DNA of 64,000 nucleotides from an uncultured bacterium (GTDB taxonomy: Bacteria > Krumholzibacteriota > Krumholzibacteriia > Krumholzibacteriales > Krumholzibacteriaceae), in NCBI GenBank assembly GCA_963786935.1, contig CAWBAN010000001.1, positions 1,472,001 through 1,536,000 on the forward strand. Direction: 5' to 3'. Shown here piece after piece: positions 8,974-19,705 of this stretch. The notes under the pieces are model-generated. The model saw only the letters and a program-made list of their open reading frames with translations, had not been told where the DNA came from and made no database searches. The translations under genes were made by a program, and so were the position numbers. How positions within the stretch are numbered: the stretch's first letter is position 1; each line of letters opens with the position of its first letter.

Positions 8974-10737
8974 CTATTCGCGAAACAGGGCCTCGCGGGC
9001 GAGGCGCGGGGGGAGCGCTCCCTGGCGCAGCAGCTTCTCGTGAAAATCCCTGAGGTTGAACCGGTCGCCGAGGGTCCGCTCCGCCTCGAGCCGCAGCTGG
9101 CGGATCTCCAGATATCCGGCGAAATACGTCGACAGGTATCCCGGATTGATCATCGCGCGGCGCCACTTGATCGCCGCCTCCGATTCCTCCTGGAATCCGT
9201 CTCCGATCAGGAGCCGGAGCGCCTCGCTCTCCGTCATCCCCTCCCGGTGCATGCCCGAATCGAGGATCGCGTTCGTGAGGATGCGGAGGTAGTATTTCTT
9301 CCACGTGAGATCGAACCGCGGACTTCCGCTCCGGAACCCGAGCTCGTTCATGAGCTCCATGCAGTACACTCCCCACCCTTCGACGAACCCGGAGTTGGGG
9401 AAGACGTTCCTCACGATCGACGGATTCCGGTTCGCGTAGGCGAACTGCACGTAGTGCCCCGGCATCGCTTCGTGAATCGTGACGAGCCTGAGCATCTCGC
9501 TGTTGTACTCCCGCAGGTACGATTCGATCTGTCTCTGATCGTAGTCCTCGGGAACGGCCGATACGATGAACCAGTACTTCAGGCCCCGATCGAGCGGGCC
9601 CGGGCTTTCGAGACCTACGATCGAGAGGCTCCGCGAGTACTCGGGCGCCCACGCGAGCTCGATCGGCTCGTCGGGGATCGTGAGTACGTCCCGCTCGCGG
9701 ACGAACACCGAGGCCTCGGCGAAGGCCGCCTTGCACGCATCGAGCAGCTCCGCCGGCTTCGAATGATCCTTCGCGATGTCGTCGAGCACCGCCCGCACGA
9801 TCGTGTCCCGCTCGGCGCGGCCCGGATTCGCCGGGAGGCGCGCGCCCGTCATCTCCGCGTACACGGGCGCGGCGACCTCGTACATCTCCCCATGCACGCG
9901 ATCGATTTCGGCGTACGCGGCCGCGACGATCATCTCCGACGACATGTCCGATCCGATGATGCCGCCGATCAGGCGGCGAAATGCCTTCTCGCCGAGCCGG
10001 AAATCCCCGAGCGACCGGTTCAGGAGATCATTCTCGAGGAAGCCCTGGAACTCGCGGAGCGATCCGATCGCGATCTGGGCGGATTTCTCGACCTTCTTCG
10101 ACGTGCGGGGCGGCGCTTTTTCGGCCTCCCGAAGGAGCTCGTGCTCGATAAACGCGATCAGGCCGCGATTCTGGCTGATCGCCATCTCGGTAGAGGCCTT
10201 CGAAGGATTGGACAGGTTCGCCATGGCCTGTTCCACGACGATCGGAAACGCATCGAGACGGCGGGCGGCCGCGTCGAGCCGGTCGCCGAGCGGCGCGAAA
10301 TCCCTCGCAACCAGATAGTACAGGGAATTGCCGAGGAGGCTCGTATAGTGCATCGGATTCGTCTCGAACACCCGCATATCCCCGAAGAGCAGCATATCGA
10401 GATCGATGGAGCTCGCGAGCACCTCCGCGTCGATCCGGTTGTCCGGCGAGAGCTTGTCCTTCTCGATGGTTTCCAGCTTCGCCCGGTACGACTCCAGGAA
10501 GGCCATTCGGGCCTCGACGGCCTCCCGACCTACGTCGTCCAGATCGCCGTCGTAGCGGTGCTCTCCGGCCCAGGTGGCGAACGTCGGATTCTTCCGGAAA
10601 CTCTCCGTGAGGTACCGCGCCGCGAGCTTCTCGAACTTCGCGTCCTCGCCTCCCCTCCCACCGCATCCCGCGCATAAAGAGGCGATGAGCGCCGCTGCGG
10701 CGGCGACGGTCGTCACATATGATGCCCTGAATGCCAT
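8974..10737 (-). CDS. DUF885 family lipoprotein (putative metallopeptidase)
   Basis: Lipobox-like LCAGC; HEAMPGH, FVEGWGVY, FHEKLL motifs. Confidence 0.88.
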   Translation of the reverse strand: MAFRASYVTTVAAAAALIASLCAGCGGRGGEDAKFEKLAARYLTESFRKNPTFATWAGEHRYDGDLDDVGREAVEARMAFLESYRAKLETIEKDKLSPDNRIDAEVLASSIDLDMLLFGDMRVFETNPMHYTSLLGNSLYYLVARDFAPLGDRLDAAARRLDAFPIVVEQAMANLSNPSKASTEMAISQNRGLIAFIEHELLREAEKAPPRTSKKVEKSAQIAIGSLREFQGFLENDLLNRSLGDFRLGEKAFRRLIGGIIGSDMSSEMIVAAAYAEIDRVHGEMYEVAAPVYAEMTGARLPANPGRAERDTIVRAVLDDIAKDHSKPAELLDACKAAFAEASVFVRERDVLTIPDEPIELAWAPEYSRSLSIVGLESPGPLDRGLKYWFIVSAVPEDYDQRQIESYLREYNSEMLRLVTIHEAMPGHYVQFAYANRNPSIVRNVFPNSGFVEGWGVYCMELMNELGFRSGSPRFDLTWKKYYLRILTNAILDSGMHREGMTESEALRLLIGDGFQEESEAAIKWRRAMINPGYLSTYFAGYLEIRQLRLEAERTLGDRFNLRDFHEKLLRQGALPPRLAREALFRE

Positions 10738-10908
10738 TGCCTTCCCGATCCCGTTCGTGCCGGTTCGTTATTTTTATCCGTGGAATTATACACGAATTGG
10801 GATAAATTGTTTCCTATAATGTTATCCGGGTGCGGCCCGCCCACCGCGGCGCCGCCGGAGCGCCGCGAAAGGTGGAGCGGAACCGTGGGAAATGACGCAA
10901 ATCGGCCG

Positions 10909-12189
10909 ATGGAACCGACGGGCGAGCGGGGGCTCGGATTTGCGTTCCGCGCCCTCGGATCCCGCAACTACCGGCTCTTCTACGCCGGCCAGAGCATCTC
11001 CCTCATCGGCACGTGGATGCAGCAGGTCGCGATGATCTGGCTCGTGTACCGCCTCACTCATTCCGCGCTCCTCCTCGGGGTCGTCGGCTTCGCGGGCCAG
11101 ATCCCCACGTTTCTCCTCGCTCCCCTCGCGGGCGTATTCGCCGACCGGTGGAACCGCCACCGCACGATCGTCGTGACCCAGACGCTCGCGCTGCTCCAGG
11201 CGACGACGCTCGCGATCCTCGTCCTGACGGGGAGCGCCGAGGTCTGGCATCTCGTCGTCCTCGCCGTCGTCCTCGGAACGATCAACGCCTTCGACATGCC
11301 GACCCGTCAGTCGTTCATCGTCCAGATGATCGAGCGCAAGGAGGATCTCGGCAACGCCATCGCGCTCAACTCGGCGATGGTGACGGCCACGAGAATCCTC
11401 GGGCCGTCGGTCGCGGGTGTGCTCATCGGCGCCTTCGGCGAGGGAGTCTGCTTTCTCGCGAACGCGATCAGCTACGTCGCCGTGATCGCAGCGCTCCTCG
11501 CCATGCGCGTCGCGCCGCCCCCGGCGCGGCCGGCGAACGGCCGCGTGATCGACGGGCTCACGGAAGGGCTCGGGTATGTCGCTCGCCTCGCGCCGGTGCG
11601 GGACACGCTCCTTCTGCTCGCCTTCGTCAGCTTCATGGGGATGCCGTACTACGTCCTCATGCCCGTGTTCGCGAAGGACGTGCTCGGCGGGGGCGCCCAC
11701 ACGCTCGGTTTTCTCTTCGGCGCCGCCGGTCTCGGTTCCCTCGTCGGCACGGGATTCCTCGCCGCGCGGCGGAGCATCCGCGGCTCCGGCACGATCATCG
11801 CGGCCGGCGCGGCGGTTTTCGGCATCGGCCTCATTGCTTTTTCCTTCTCTCACCTGGTATGGTTGTCGATGCTGCTCATCTGCGTCGCGGGGCTCGGGAT
11901 CATGGTGCAGATGGCGTGCAGCAACACGCTGATTCAGACCGTCGTCGACGACGACAAGCGGGGACGGGTCATGAGCCTCTTCACTATGGCGTTCATCGGG
12001 ATGGGCCCCTTCGGGAACCTATCCGCGGGCGCCCTCGCGAGCCGCATCGGCGCCCCGGGCACGCTCGCCGTCGGCGGTTTCCTCTGCGTCGTCGGCGGCG
12101 TCGTCTTCGCGAGCAGGATCAAAACGATGCGCAAGTCCCTGCACCCGATCTACCGGAAAATGGGCATCATGCCCGACCTGCCGTCCTGA
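10909..12189 (+). CDS. MFS transporter (MFS_3/DUF894-like)
   Basis: FRALGSRNYRLF, GVFADRWNR, NAIALNS, DDKRGRVMS; about 12 TM segments; start could be GTG at 10885. Confidence 0.88.
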   Translation: MEPTGERGLGFAFRALGSRNYRLFYAGQSISLIGTWMQQVAMIWLVYRLTHSALLLGVVGFAGQIPTFLLAPLAGVFADRWNRHRTIVVTQTLALLQATTLAILVLTGSAEVWHLVVLAVVLGTINAFDMPTRQSFIVQMIERKEDLGNAIALNSAMVTATRILGPSVAGVLIGAFGEGVCFLANAISYVAVIAALLAMRVAPPPARPANGRVIDGLTEGLGYVARLAPVRDTLLLLAFVSFMGMPYYVLMPVFAKDVLGGGAHTLGFLFGAAGLGSLVGTGFLAARRSIRGSGTIIAAGAAVFGIGLIAFSFSHLVWLSMLLICVAGLGIMVQMACSNTLIQTVVDDDKRGRVMSLFTMAFIGMGPFGNLSAGALASRIGAPGTLAVGGFLCVVGGVVFASRIKTMRKSLHPIYRKMGIMPDLPS

Positions 12190-12209
12190 GCGGAGGGAGC
12201 GCGGCCGCG

Positions 12210-13736
12210 ATGGCGCACGAACCGATCGACAACAGCCTCCTCTACAAGCTCTCGAAGCGCGAATACCGCTACACGCAGGACCTCCCCTCGACGCCCGATC
12301 CCTCGATCGGAACGGTGCTCGTCACGGGAGCCTCGGGATACATCGGCGGGCGGCTCATCCCGGAGCTCCTCTCGCGCGGCTATCGCGTCCGCATCATGGT
12401 GCGCGGCCGGGCGGCCGAGTACCGCGAGCTCTGGCCGAGCGTCGAGGCCGTCAGCGCCGACGCGCTCGACATCGAGCAGCTCAGGGCGGCGCTCGACGGG
12501 GTGCACACCGCCTATTACCTCATCCATTCCCTCCTCCTCGGCCAGCGGGTGTTCGAGGCGGCCGATCTCCAGGCGGCGATCAACTTCCGCAACGCCGCCC
12601 AGGAAAAGGGAGTGAAGCGGATCATCTATCTCGGCGCGCTCGGGGACATGCGCACGAAGCTCTCCCAGCACCTGCGAAACCGCATCCGCGTGGCGGAGGA
12701 GCTGCGCCTCGGGGAAGTCCCCGTGACGATCCTCCGCGCGGCCATCATCATCGGCTCGGGGAGCGCCTCCTACGAGATCATCAAGCACCTCGTGAACCGC
12801 CTCTACATCGTCCCCATCCCGAAATGGGCGAATAACCGGTGCCAGCCGATCGCCGTGCGGGACGTGATCAAATATCTCGTGGGCGTCCTCGAGATCCCCC
12901 GAACGGCGAATCGCTCGTTCGACATCGGCGGAAGCGACGTCCTCACCTACGCGGACATGATGAAGACGCTCGCCGAGGTGCGGCACCAGAAGCGCCTGTT
13001 CATATTCGTCCCGTTCGCGAGCCTCCGGTTCTACGCGTATCAGGCGAGCTTCCTCACGCCGATTCCCGCGGCCATCACGCGGAGCCTCATGGAGGGGCTC
13101 AAGAACGAGGTCGTCTGCCAGGACGAATCGATCAAGGGATTCCTGCCGTTCGAGCCGCTCCGCTATCGCGAGGCGATCGTCGGCGCGCTCACGCGCGAGG
13201 AGCAGGACAACGTGCGCACGAGCTGGTTCAGCGCGTACCCCCCGGCCCACGAGCTCGCGATCAAGCTGCACGAGCTCGAGCCCGGACCGCAGTACACGGC
13301 GCGCTACGCGATCCTTTCGTCGAAGGATTCGTGGCGGCTTTTCGAGTCGATCTGCAAGATCGGCGGCAAGGAGGGCTGGTTCACGCACAACTGGATGTGG
13401 CGTCTCCGCGGCTGGCTCGACACGGCTCTCCTCGGCGTCGGCACGGCCCGGGGACGCCGGAGCCAGACGACGCTCAAGATCAACGACGTGATCGACTGGT
13501 GGCGCATCGAGGATCTGAAACCCGACATGCGTCTGCTGCTGCGCGCGGAGATGAAACTCCCCGGGAAGGCGTGGCTCGAGTTCCGGATCGATCCGGAGGA
13601 GGGTCGGAACCGGCTCAGGGTCATCGCCCATTACTACACGACGAGCTTTCTCGGAAGGCTCTACTGGTACATCTTCGTCCCGTTCCACCACGTCATCTTC
13701 AGCGACCTCATCAAGCAGATCGAGCGGCGGGCGTGA
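12210..13736 (+). CDS. Atypical SDR oxidoreductase with C-terminal DUF2867 domain (YbjT-like)
   Basis: [49 protein letters not shown]. Confidence 0.88.
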   Translation: MAHEPIDNSLLYKLSKREYRYTQDLPSTPDPSIGTVLVTGASGYIGGRLIPELLSRGYRVRIMVRGRAAEYRELWPSVEAVSADALDIEQLRAALDGVHTAYYLIHSLLLGQRVFEAADLQAAINFRNAAQEKGVKRIIYLGALGDMRTKLSQHLRNRIRVAEELRLGEVPVTILRAAIIIGSGSASYEIIKHLVNRLYIVPIPKWANNRCQPIAVRDVIKYLVGVLEIPRTANRSFDIGGSDVLTYADMMKTLAEVRHQKRLFIFVPFASLRFYAYQASFLTPIPAAITRSLMEGLKNEVVCQDESIKGFLPFEPLRYREAIVGALTREEQDNVRTSWFSAYPPAHELAIKLHELEPGPQYTARYAILSSKDSWRLFESICKIGGKEGWFTHNWMWRLRGWLDTALLGVGTARGRRSQTTLKINDVIDWWRIEDLKPDMRLLLRAEMKLPGKAWLEFRIDPEEGRNRLRVIAHYYTTSFLGRLYWYIFVPFHHVIFSDLIKQIERRA

Positions 13737-14914
13737 ACCAGCGCTGCGTCCGCAGGCAGATCTTGACCAGCATCAGCATGACGGGCACTTCGATCAGCAC
13801 TCCGACAACCGTCGCGAGGGCCGCTCCGGATGAGAGGCCGAAGAGCATCGTCGCGGTGGCGATGGCGACCTCGAAATGGTTCGACGCGCCGATCATCGCG
13901 GACGGCGCGGCGTCCTCGTAGGTCAGCCGCAGCAGCTTCGCCCAGCAGTAGCCGAGCCAGAAGATCAGATTCGTCTGGATGAAGAGCGGGATGGCGATCC
14001 AGAGGATCGTGAGCGGATTGGATACGATGACGTCTCGCCCTTGAAGCGAGAAGAGCAGCACGAGCGTCGCGAGCAGGGCGACGATCGTGATCGGCGTGAG
14101 GACGTGGAGGAACTTCTCGTTGAACCACGTCTCGCCCTTGCGCGCGGATGATCCATTTCCGGGAAATGTAGCCGGCCACGAGCGGCAGCGCGACGTAGAT
14201 GCCGATGGATAGAACGCAGCGCCTGCCAGGGAACCGGCAGCCGTCCGACGCCGAGGAGAAATCCGCCCAGCGGCCCGTAGAGCAACAGCATGGTCAGCGA
14301 GTTGATGGCCACCATGACGAGCGTAGCCCGTCGTTGCCCTTCGCGAGGTAGCCCCAGACGAGCACCATCGCCGTGCAGGGCGCGATGCCGAGGAGAATGC
14401 AGCCCGCGAGGTAGCTGCGCCACAGAGGGACCTGCAGCATCTTGACGCCGTCCGAAAGAACGACGGTGCCGACGCCGTGCGTCGCGCCGACGGGCAGGTC
14501 GAGCCCGAACGGCATCTTCACGAGATCTGTCGCCTCGGCGCCGATGAATCCCCGGAACACGAATCCGAGGAAGAAGATGGCGATCGCGTACATCGTGAAG
14601 GGCTTGATCGCCCAGTTCACGAACAGCGTGAGGCCGACGGGCTTCGCGCTCTTGCCCGCCTTCAGCACCTCGGCGAAATCGATCTTCACCATGATCGGGT
14701 ACATCATGAAGAAGAGGCAGATCGCGATAGGAATGGAAACGACGGGCGCGCCGTTCACGAAGATGGACAGACTATCCAGATATCGCGCCACGCCCGGCGC
14801 GAGCTTCCCGAGCACGATGCCGGCGCCGATGCAGACGGCCACCCAGGCGGTGAGATTGCGCTCAAAGAAGCTCAGGCCCTTCGGCTTCTTGGTAATGCAG
14901 GCTTCGACGGCCAT
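13711..14914 (-). pseudogene. acr3: Acr3 arsenite efflux permease, broken by several frameshifts at about 14030-14330 (pseudogene or sequencing error)
   Basis: [52 protein letters not shown] are spread over different frames. Confidence 0.85.
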
Positions 14915-14971
14915 CGATCAAGCTCCTTTCGCCGATTACGAGTGATCAATCTCGAGACCCGCAACCGATGC

Positions 14972-15352
14972 TCAGCACTTTCTCTGCTGCCGACATAGAA
15001 CCTCGGGATCGCATCGCAAAACCGTCGCGAGCTTCTTCGCATCGTGCGCAACCGCTTCATCGTTTCGAAGAGACCTCATCACCCAGCTCAGCGCGGATTG
15101 TGTCGCGAACGCGGGCGAGCCGCCGGCCAGACGGTAATATGCCCAGCGACCTTCCTTGCGATGCTCGACAAGTCCGGCCGCGCTGAGAATCGAGAGATGC
15201 TTCGAGATCGTGGAGGGCGCCAGCTCAAGCACCCCGATGATCTGGCACACGCAAAGCTCCCCGCCCTGCAGGAGCATGAGCATGCGCACGCGCTGCCGGT
15301 CGGCGAGGGCCTTGGTGATCTGCAGAACCGATTTCATCCCGAACTTCGCCAT
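14972..15352 (-). CDS. arsR: ArsR/SmtB family repressor with ELCVC metalloid-binding site
   Basis: KALAD..RVRML, GELCVCQI, STISKHL, RKEGRWAYY; directly upstream of acr3. Confidence 0.9.
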   Translation of the reverse strand: MAKFGMKSVLQITKALADRQRVRMLMLLQGGELCVCQIIGVLELAPSTISKHLSILSAAGLVEHRKEGRWAYYRLAGGSPAFATQSALSWVMRSLRNDEAVAHDAKKLATVLRCDPEVLCRQQRKC

Positions 15353-15361
15353 CTGCGCTCC

Positions 15362-16027
15362 TCATGCGCCGACGAGTCTTCCCTCGAAGAGCCTGAGCGT
15401 TCTCACCGCCTTCGAGGCAGCCCGATCGTCATGCGTGACGATCACCACGGTGCGCCCCTCTCGATGGATCTCTTCGAAAAACGCGAGGATCGCCTGCCCC
15501 GTATCCGGATCGAGATTTCCCGTCGGTTCGTCGGCGAGCACGACGGCCGGGTCGTTGGCGAGCATCCGCGCCAAAGCAACCCGTTGCTGTTGCCCCACGC
15601 TCAGCTCGGAAGGCTTATGGTCGAGCCGATCGCCGAGCCCGAGGCGCTCGAGCAAAGAACCCGCCTTGGCTTTCTGCTCGTCCCCGTCGATGCCGGCGAG
15701 GAGAAGCGGGATCTGCACGTTTTCCAGCGCCGTCAAGTACGGAATCAGATTGAACGTTTGAAAGACGAATCCTATTTTCTCTTTCCTCAGGGCGGCGCGC
15801 TTCTCCGGATCGAGATCATAGATCGATTGACCGTCGACGAACACCTGTCCCCCGGCGGGGGACAGCATGCCGCCGAGCATAAGGAGAAAGGTGCTCTTGC
15901 CGCTTCCACTCGGACCGACGACCGACACGAAATCGCCTCGGCGAATCTCCATGGTCACGTCGTCGAGGGCGAGCACTCTTTTGCCCCGATGATCGTAGCT
16001 CTTGGTGACCGAGCGCATCTTCAGCAT
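15362..16027 (-). CDS. ABC transporter ATP-binding protein (LolD/MacB type)
   Basis: GPSGSGKST, GFVFQTFNL, LSVGQQQRV, LADEPTGNLD, VTHD. Confidence 0.95.
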   Translation of the reverse strand: MLKMRSVTKSYDHRGKRVLALDDVTMEIRRGDFVSVVGPSGSGKSTFLLMLGGMLSPAGGQVFVDGQSIYDLDPEKRAALRKEKIGFVFQTFNLIPYLTALENVQIPLLLAGIDGDEQKAKAGSLLERLGLGDRLDHKPSELSVGQQQRVALARMLANDPAVVLADEPTGNLDPDTGQAILAFFEEIHREGRTVVIVTHDDRAASKAVRTLRLFEGRLVGA

Positions 16028-16030
16028 TCG

Positions 16031-17251
16031 TCAAACCTCCTGGAGGGCCGTAACCGGGTCGAGACGGGCGGCGCGCCGGGCCGGAAAGAAGCTCGCGGCG
16101 AGCAGAATGACGATGCCGATTCCGAAGGCCCAGAGCAAGAGGATCGGCATCGGAAGCACCGGCACTCCAGCGATACGGGGCCCGAGGATGACGGCCGCAA
16201 CCGTCCCGATGATGTACCCGACCAATCCTCCGGCGAGCCCGAGCAACAGCGCCTTCAAGAGAAACATGCGCAGCACGACCGCGGACCCGGCGCCCAACGC
16301 CATCAGGGTGCCGATTTCCCGCCGCCGTTCGTACACGTTCGCGTACATGTAGTTCGCGATGCTCGCTCCCCCGACGAGAACGATGATGACAATGAATAGC
16401 AGCGAGAGCCTCGACATCATTCGGTTCGTCTTGATCTGAGTATCCACGATCTGGGAAATGGTGACGACCTTGGCGTCAGGAAGCAGCTTGTTGATCTTCT
16501 GCACGAGCCCGCCCGAGATCGCATTACAGCATCCCACGACTTCAATGGCGTTGAGCACCGAATCCCGCCCCGCGAGCCGCTGCACGGTGTGCAGATGCGC
16601 GAAGCCGCGCGAATCGTCGATCGTGCCCGTCTGGGGCAGAACGGCGATAACGGCGAACGACGTGCCGAGGATCGACACGCTGTCTCCCTCGGCGACATTC
16701 AACGAGGCTGCCATATCCGCGCCGACGAGAATTTCCGCCACGCCGATCGTTTCGATGACACGCTTGCGCGAAAGGGTCTCCTTGGCGGGTTCGGCGTCCT
16801 GCCCCGGAACCGCGACCACCGTCCCGCATCCTTCGGGGCGGGCGAAGATCCCCGCCCCCTGCCACGCAACTTTCGCCGGAAATTCGTTCTTGGGCAATAT
16901 CCCCGTCAGCGTAAACCGCTTCCCGCGGATATCGACGGGCATGGAGAGCTTGGGAGAAAGATTATCGAGCCCCTGCAGGTCCGAGTTCGTGAGCCGGGAG
17001 ACGTACTCCTCGGAAAACACTTCCTGCTGCAGATCGGCACTGTAGTAATCCTGGAGCGACGCTGACTTCGGGAGGATGAGTATATTGGCGCCGAGAGCGT
17101 CCAGCTCGCGGGCCACCGCTTTTTCCGAGTAATAGGTGATATTCTTGATCGATACGATCACGCTGATGCCGAGAAAAATTGCCAGGAAGCTCGTTCCGAG
17201 TTGGTTCTTCCGCTCGAAGATCTCCCGCCAGACCAATGTTCTCAGTTTCAT
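16031..17251 (-). CDS. ABC transporter permease (MacB/FtsX type)
   Basis: N-terminal TM, periplasmic domain, NVYERRREIGTLMALGA, PARRAARLDPV. Confidence 0.92.
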   Translation of the reverse strand: MKLRTLVWREIFERKNQLGTSFLAIFLGISVIVSIKNITYYSEKAVARELDALGANILILPKSASLQDYYSADLQQEVFSEEYVSRLTNSDLQGLDNLSPKLSMPVDIRGKRFTLTGILPKNEFPAKVAWQGAGIFARPEGCGTVVAVPGQDAEPAKETLSRKRVIETIGVAEILVGADMAASLNVAEGDSVSILGTSFAVIAVLPQTGTIDDSRGFAHLHTVQRLAGRDSVLNAIEVVGCCNAISGGLVQKINKLLPDAKVVTISQIVDTQIKTNRMMSRLSLLFIVIIVLVGGASIANYMYANVYERRREIGTLMALGAGSAVVLRMFLLKALLLGLAGGLVGYIIGTVAAVILGPRIAGVPVLPMPILLLWAFGIGIVILLAASFFPARRAARLDPVTALQEV

Positions 17252-17263
17252 ATATTGAGGCTC

Positions 17264-18121
17264 CTATTTCTTGACCGGTCCGCACCCGGTCGGTCCGCAT
17301 CCCTTCGGCCCGCATCCCCCCGACGCAGACGCGGCGAGCATCTTCAGAATCGACTCCTTCGTGGTCGGTCCGCTCGTCACGCCGAGAACCATATTGGGCG
17401 GTACGAGAATCGCCGTCGCCGCATCTTTGGCATTCGGATCAATCTTGAGCTGCGTGAGGAAGCCCTTTTCCGCCTTGTCGGCTGGATCGATCTCCACAAT
17501 CGCCGTATAAGACGCATAGCGCGCATCGGCCTTGAATGCATCGACGCCCTGCATGGCCTCCTTATTGAATTGCGTCTTCTTGCCCTGACTGCAGATGAAG
17601 ACGATCTTTCGCTCCTGCAGCGCCTTCAAGCACTCCTGCATCCCGCGGCTCGCGATCGCGCCCTTCAATTTCTCCTCGGTGATATCCGCGGTCCGGAAAC
17701 CGCCGGTGACGGTGCCGTTCGGAGCAAAGGCCAGAGCAATGGGCATCGGGGTCGTTCGCATGTTGTACTTCTGCACGATTCCTGCTTCGCTCGCATTCGC
17801 GATATCGACGGCCATCCATTCGGCGGATCGACCTATTCCATGCACGGTTTGCTCGAGCGTTTTCCTCGCGAGGCGTGTCGGCTCGTCGTCCTTGCTGAAG
17901 AATAATACAAAGAGATGTCTGTTGCCGCTTGCCGCGCGCCGCATCGCCTCGGCCGAGGCGCTCGAGCCCGGACTCCGGGCCGCCTGCTCCCCCGGCGGCT
18001 TGGCTTCATTCACCGTGGCCGGCGCCGAAATCTTCTTTTCCCCACCCTCCGAGCCCGTACACCCGGCGACCACCGCGGCCGCAAGCAGGACACCGAACAT
18101 GATCAACGTTCTTATCCGCAT
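17264..18121 (-). CDS. Lipoprotein with thioredoxin-like repeats (no CxxC) and a C-terminal GCGPKGCGPTGCGP tail
   Basis: Lipobox VVAGC; first gene of the operon. Confidence 0.7.
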   Translation of the reverse strand: MRIRTLIMFGVLLAAAVVAGCTGSEGGEKKISAPATVNEAKPPGEQAARSPGSSASAEAMRRAASGNRHLFVLFFSKDDEPTRLARKTLEQTVHGIGRSAEWMAVDIANASEAGIVQKYNMRTTPMPIALAFAPNGTVTGGFRTADITEEKLKGAIASRGMQECLKALQERKIVFICSQGKKTQFNKEAMQGVDAFKADARYASYTAIVEIDPADKAEKGFLTQLKIDPNAKDAATAILVPPNMVLGVTSGPTTKESILKMLAASASGGCGPKGCGPTGCGPVKK

Positions 18122-18156
18122 GATGCTTCGCTCCCTGCATTCTCCAGCAACCGTCG

Positions 18157-18204
18157 ATAATTCGATATATGGCGAATTATAAAATAGATGGGCGCCGCGC
18201 GCAA
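18157..18204 (-). promoter_or_regulatory. Sigma70-type promoter TTGCGC-N17-TATAAT overlapped by the inverted repeat ATAATTCG-N8-CGAATTAT (putative ArsR operator)
   Basis: Perfect 8-bp arms at 18157-18164 and 18173-18180; -10 at 18181-18176; -35 at 18204-18199. Confidence 0.7.
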
Positions 18205-18235
18205 GCCCAAAGAACGCCAGACGATTGAAGAGGCA

Positions 18236-19672
18236 TCACCAGGCGCCGGTCTCGAGGTACTGGTTGATCGCCCGCGCGGCTTTCCGTCCCTGGCCCATCG
18301 CGAGAATCACCGTGGCGGCGCCGAGCACGATGTCGCCCCCCGCGAAGACGCCCTTCTTGCTCGTCTTGAGCGTTTCCTCGGCGGCGACGATGTTGCCCCA
18401 TTTGTTCACCGCGAGGTCGGGCGTCGTCGTCGGGACGAGCGGATTCGAGGCGTTGCCGATCGCGACGATGACGACGTCCACGGGGGTCCGGAACTCGCTC
18501 CCCTTGACGGCGACCGGGCGGCGGCGTCCCGACTCGTCCGGTTCGCCGAGCTCCATCTTGAGGCACTCGATCTCCTTCACCCAGCCGTTCTGGTCGCCGA
18601 TGATTCCCACCGGGTTCTGGAGGAGCATCATCTTGACCCCCTCCTCCTCGGCGTGCTCGACCTCTTCCACTCGGGCGGGCATCTCCTTCTTGGAGCGGCG
18701 GTAGACGAGGTACACGTTCTCCGCGCCGAGCCGCAGCGCCGTGCGGGCCGAGTCCATCGCGACGTTCCCGCCGCCGAAGACGGCGACGTTCTTCGCGCGC
18801 GCGATCGGCGTGTCGGTGTTCGGGAATGAGTAGGCCTGCATGAGGTTCGCGCGCGTGAGGTACTCGTTCGCCGAGTAGACGCCGTTCAGGTTCTCGCCGG
18901 GAATGTGCATGAAGAGCGGCAGCCCCGCGCCCGTCGCGACGAACACGGCGTCGAAGCCCTCGTCGAAGAGCTCGTCGATCGTGGAGAGCTTGCCGACGAC
19001 GTAGTTCGTGCGGAGCGTGACGCCCATCTTCTGGAGATTCTTGACCTCGCGCATGACGATGCGCTTCGGAAGCCGGAACTCGGGGATCCCGTAGATGAGC
19101 ACGCCCCCCGGCTTGTGGAGCGCCTCGAAGATCGTCACGTCGTGCCCCTCGCGCCGCGTGTCGGCGGCGACGGTGAGCCCCGCGGGACCCGAGCCGACCA
19201 CGGCGACGCGCTTCCCGGTCGAGGCCTTGATGACCGGCACCTCGGCCTCCCCCTGCTCCATCTCCCAATCGGCGGCGAAGCGCTCGAGTTTGCCGATCTG
19301 AACGGCTTTCGCGACGTCCTTGTTGCTCTTCCCCACGACGCACGTCTTCTGGCACTGCTCCTCCTGCGGACAGACGCGGCCGCACACGGCGGGGAGAATG
19401 TTCGTCAGCTTGATCGTATTGATCGATTCGCGGTTGTTGCCCTCGAGGATCGCGTTGATGAAAGCGGGGATGTTGATTTCGACCGGGCATCCCTTGACGC
19501 ACGGGGCGTTCTTACACTGGAGGCAGCGCTGCGCTTCCGTCTGCGCCATGTCGGCGGAGTAGCCGAGCGGCACCTCGTTCACGTTGTGGATGCGCTCGTG
19601 GGCGTCCTGCTGCGGCATGACGACCGGCGGGATCTGAAGCTTCTCTTTCGTCGTGAGCTTTTTCGCTTCCAT
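18236..19672 (-). CDS. nfnB: NfnB / SudA-type (GltD-like) NADPH-dependent flavoprotein subunit
   Basis: RCLQC...CVKGCP, CGRVCPQE..C, GSGPAG, YGIPEFRLPK, GGGNVAMD, FAGGD; paired with nfnA. Confidence 0.9.
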   Translation of the reverse strand: MEAKKLTTKEKLQIPPVVMPQQDAHERIHNVNEVPLGYSADMAQTEAQRCLQCKNAPCVKGCPVEINIPAFINAILEGNNRESINTIKLTNILPAVCGRVCPQEEQCQKTCVVGKSNKDVAKAVQIGKLERFAADWEMEQGEAEVPVIKASTGKRVAVVGSGPAGLTVAADTRREGHDVTIFEALHKPGGVLIYGIPEFRLPKRIVMREVKNLQKMGVTLRTNYVVGKLSTIDELFDEGFDAVFVATGAGLPLFMHIPGENLNGVYSANEYLTRANLMQAYSFPNTDTPIARAKNVAVFGGGNVAMDSARTALRLGAENVYLVYRRSKKEMPARVEEVEHAEEEGVKMMLLQNPVGIIGDQNGWVKEIECLKMELGEPDESGRRRPVAVKGSEFRTPVDVVIVAIGNASNPLVPTTTPDLAVNKWGNIVAAEETLKTSKKGVFAGGDIVLGAATVILAMGQGRKAARAINQYLETGAW

Positions 19673-19705
19673 CGTCTCACGCGGCCCGAAGGGGCCGCTG
19701 CCTCC

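Noticed and set aside
11013..12209. Apparent long N-terminal extensions (907-aa SDR ORF; also 1007-aa glnA, 1081-aa C69 and 678-aa GT ORFs)
   Set aside because: The extensions overlap real genes in other frames; true starts have their own RBS further downstream
18236..19672. Glutamate synthase small subunit gltD
   Set aside because: No gltB is adjacent, and pairing with an FNR-like subunit fits NfnAB/SudAB
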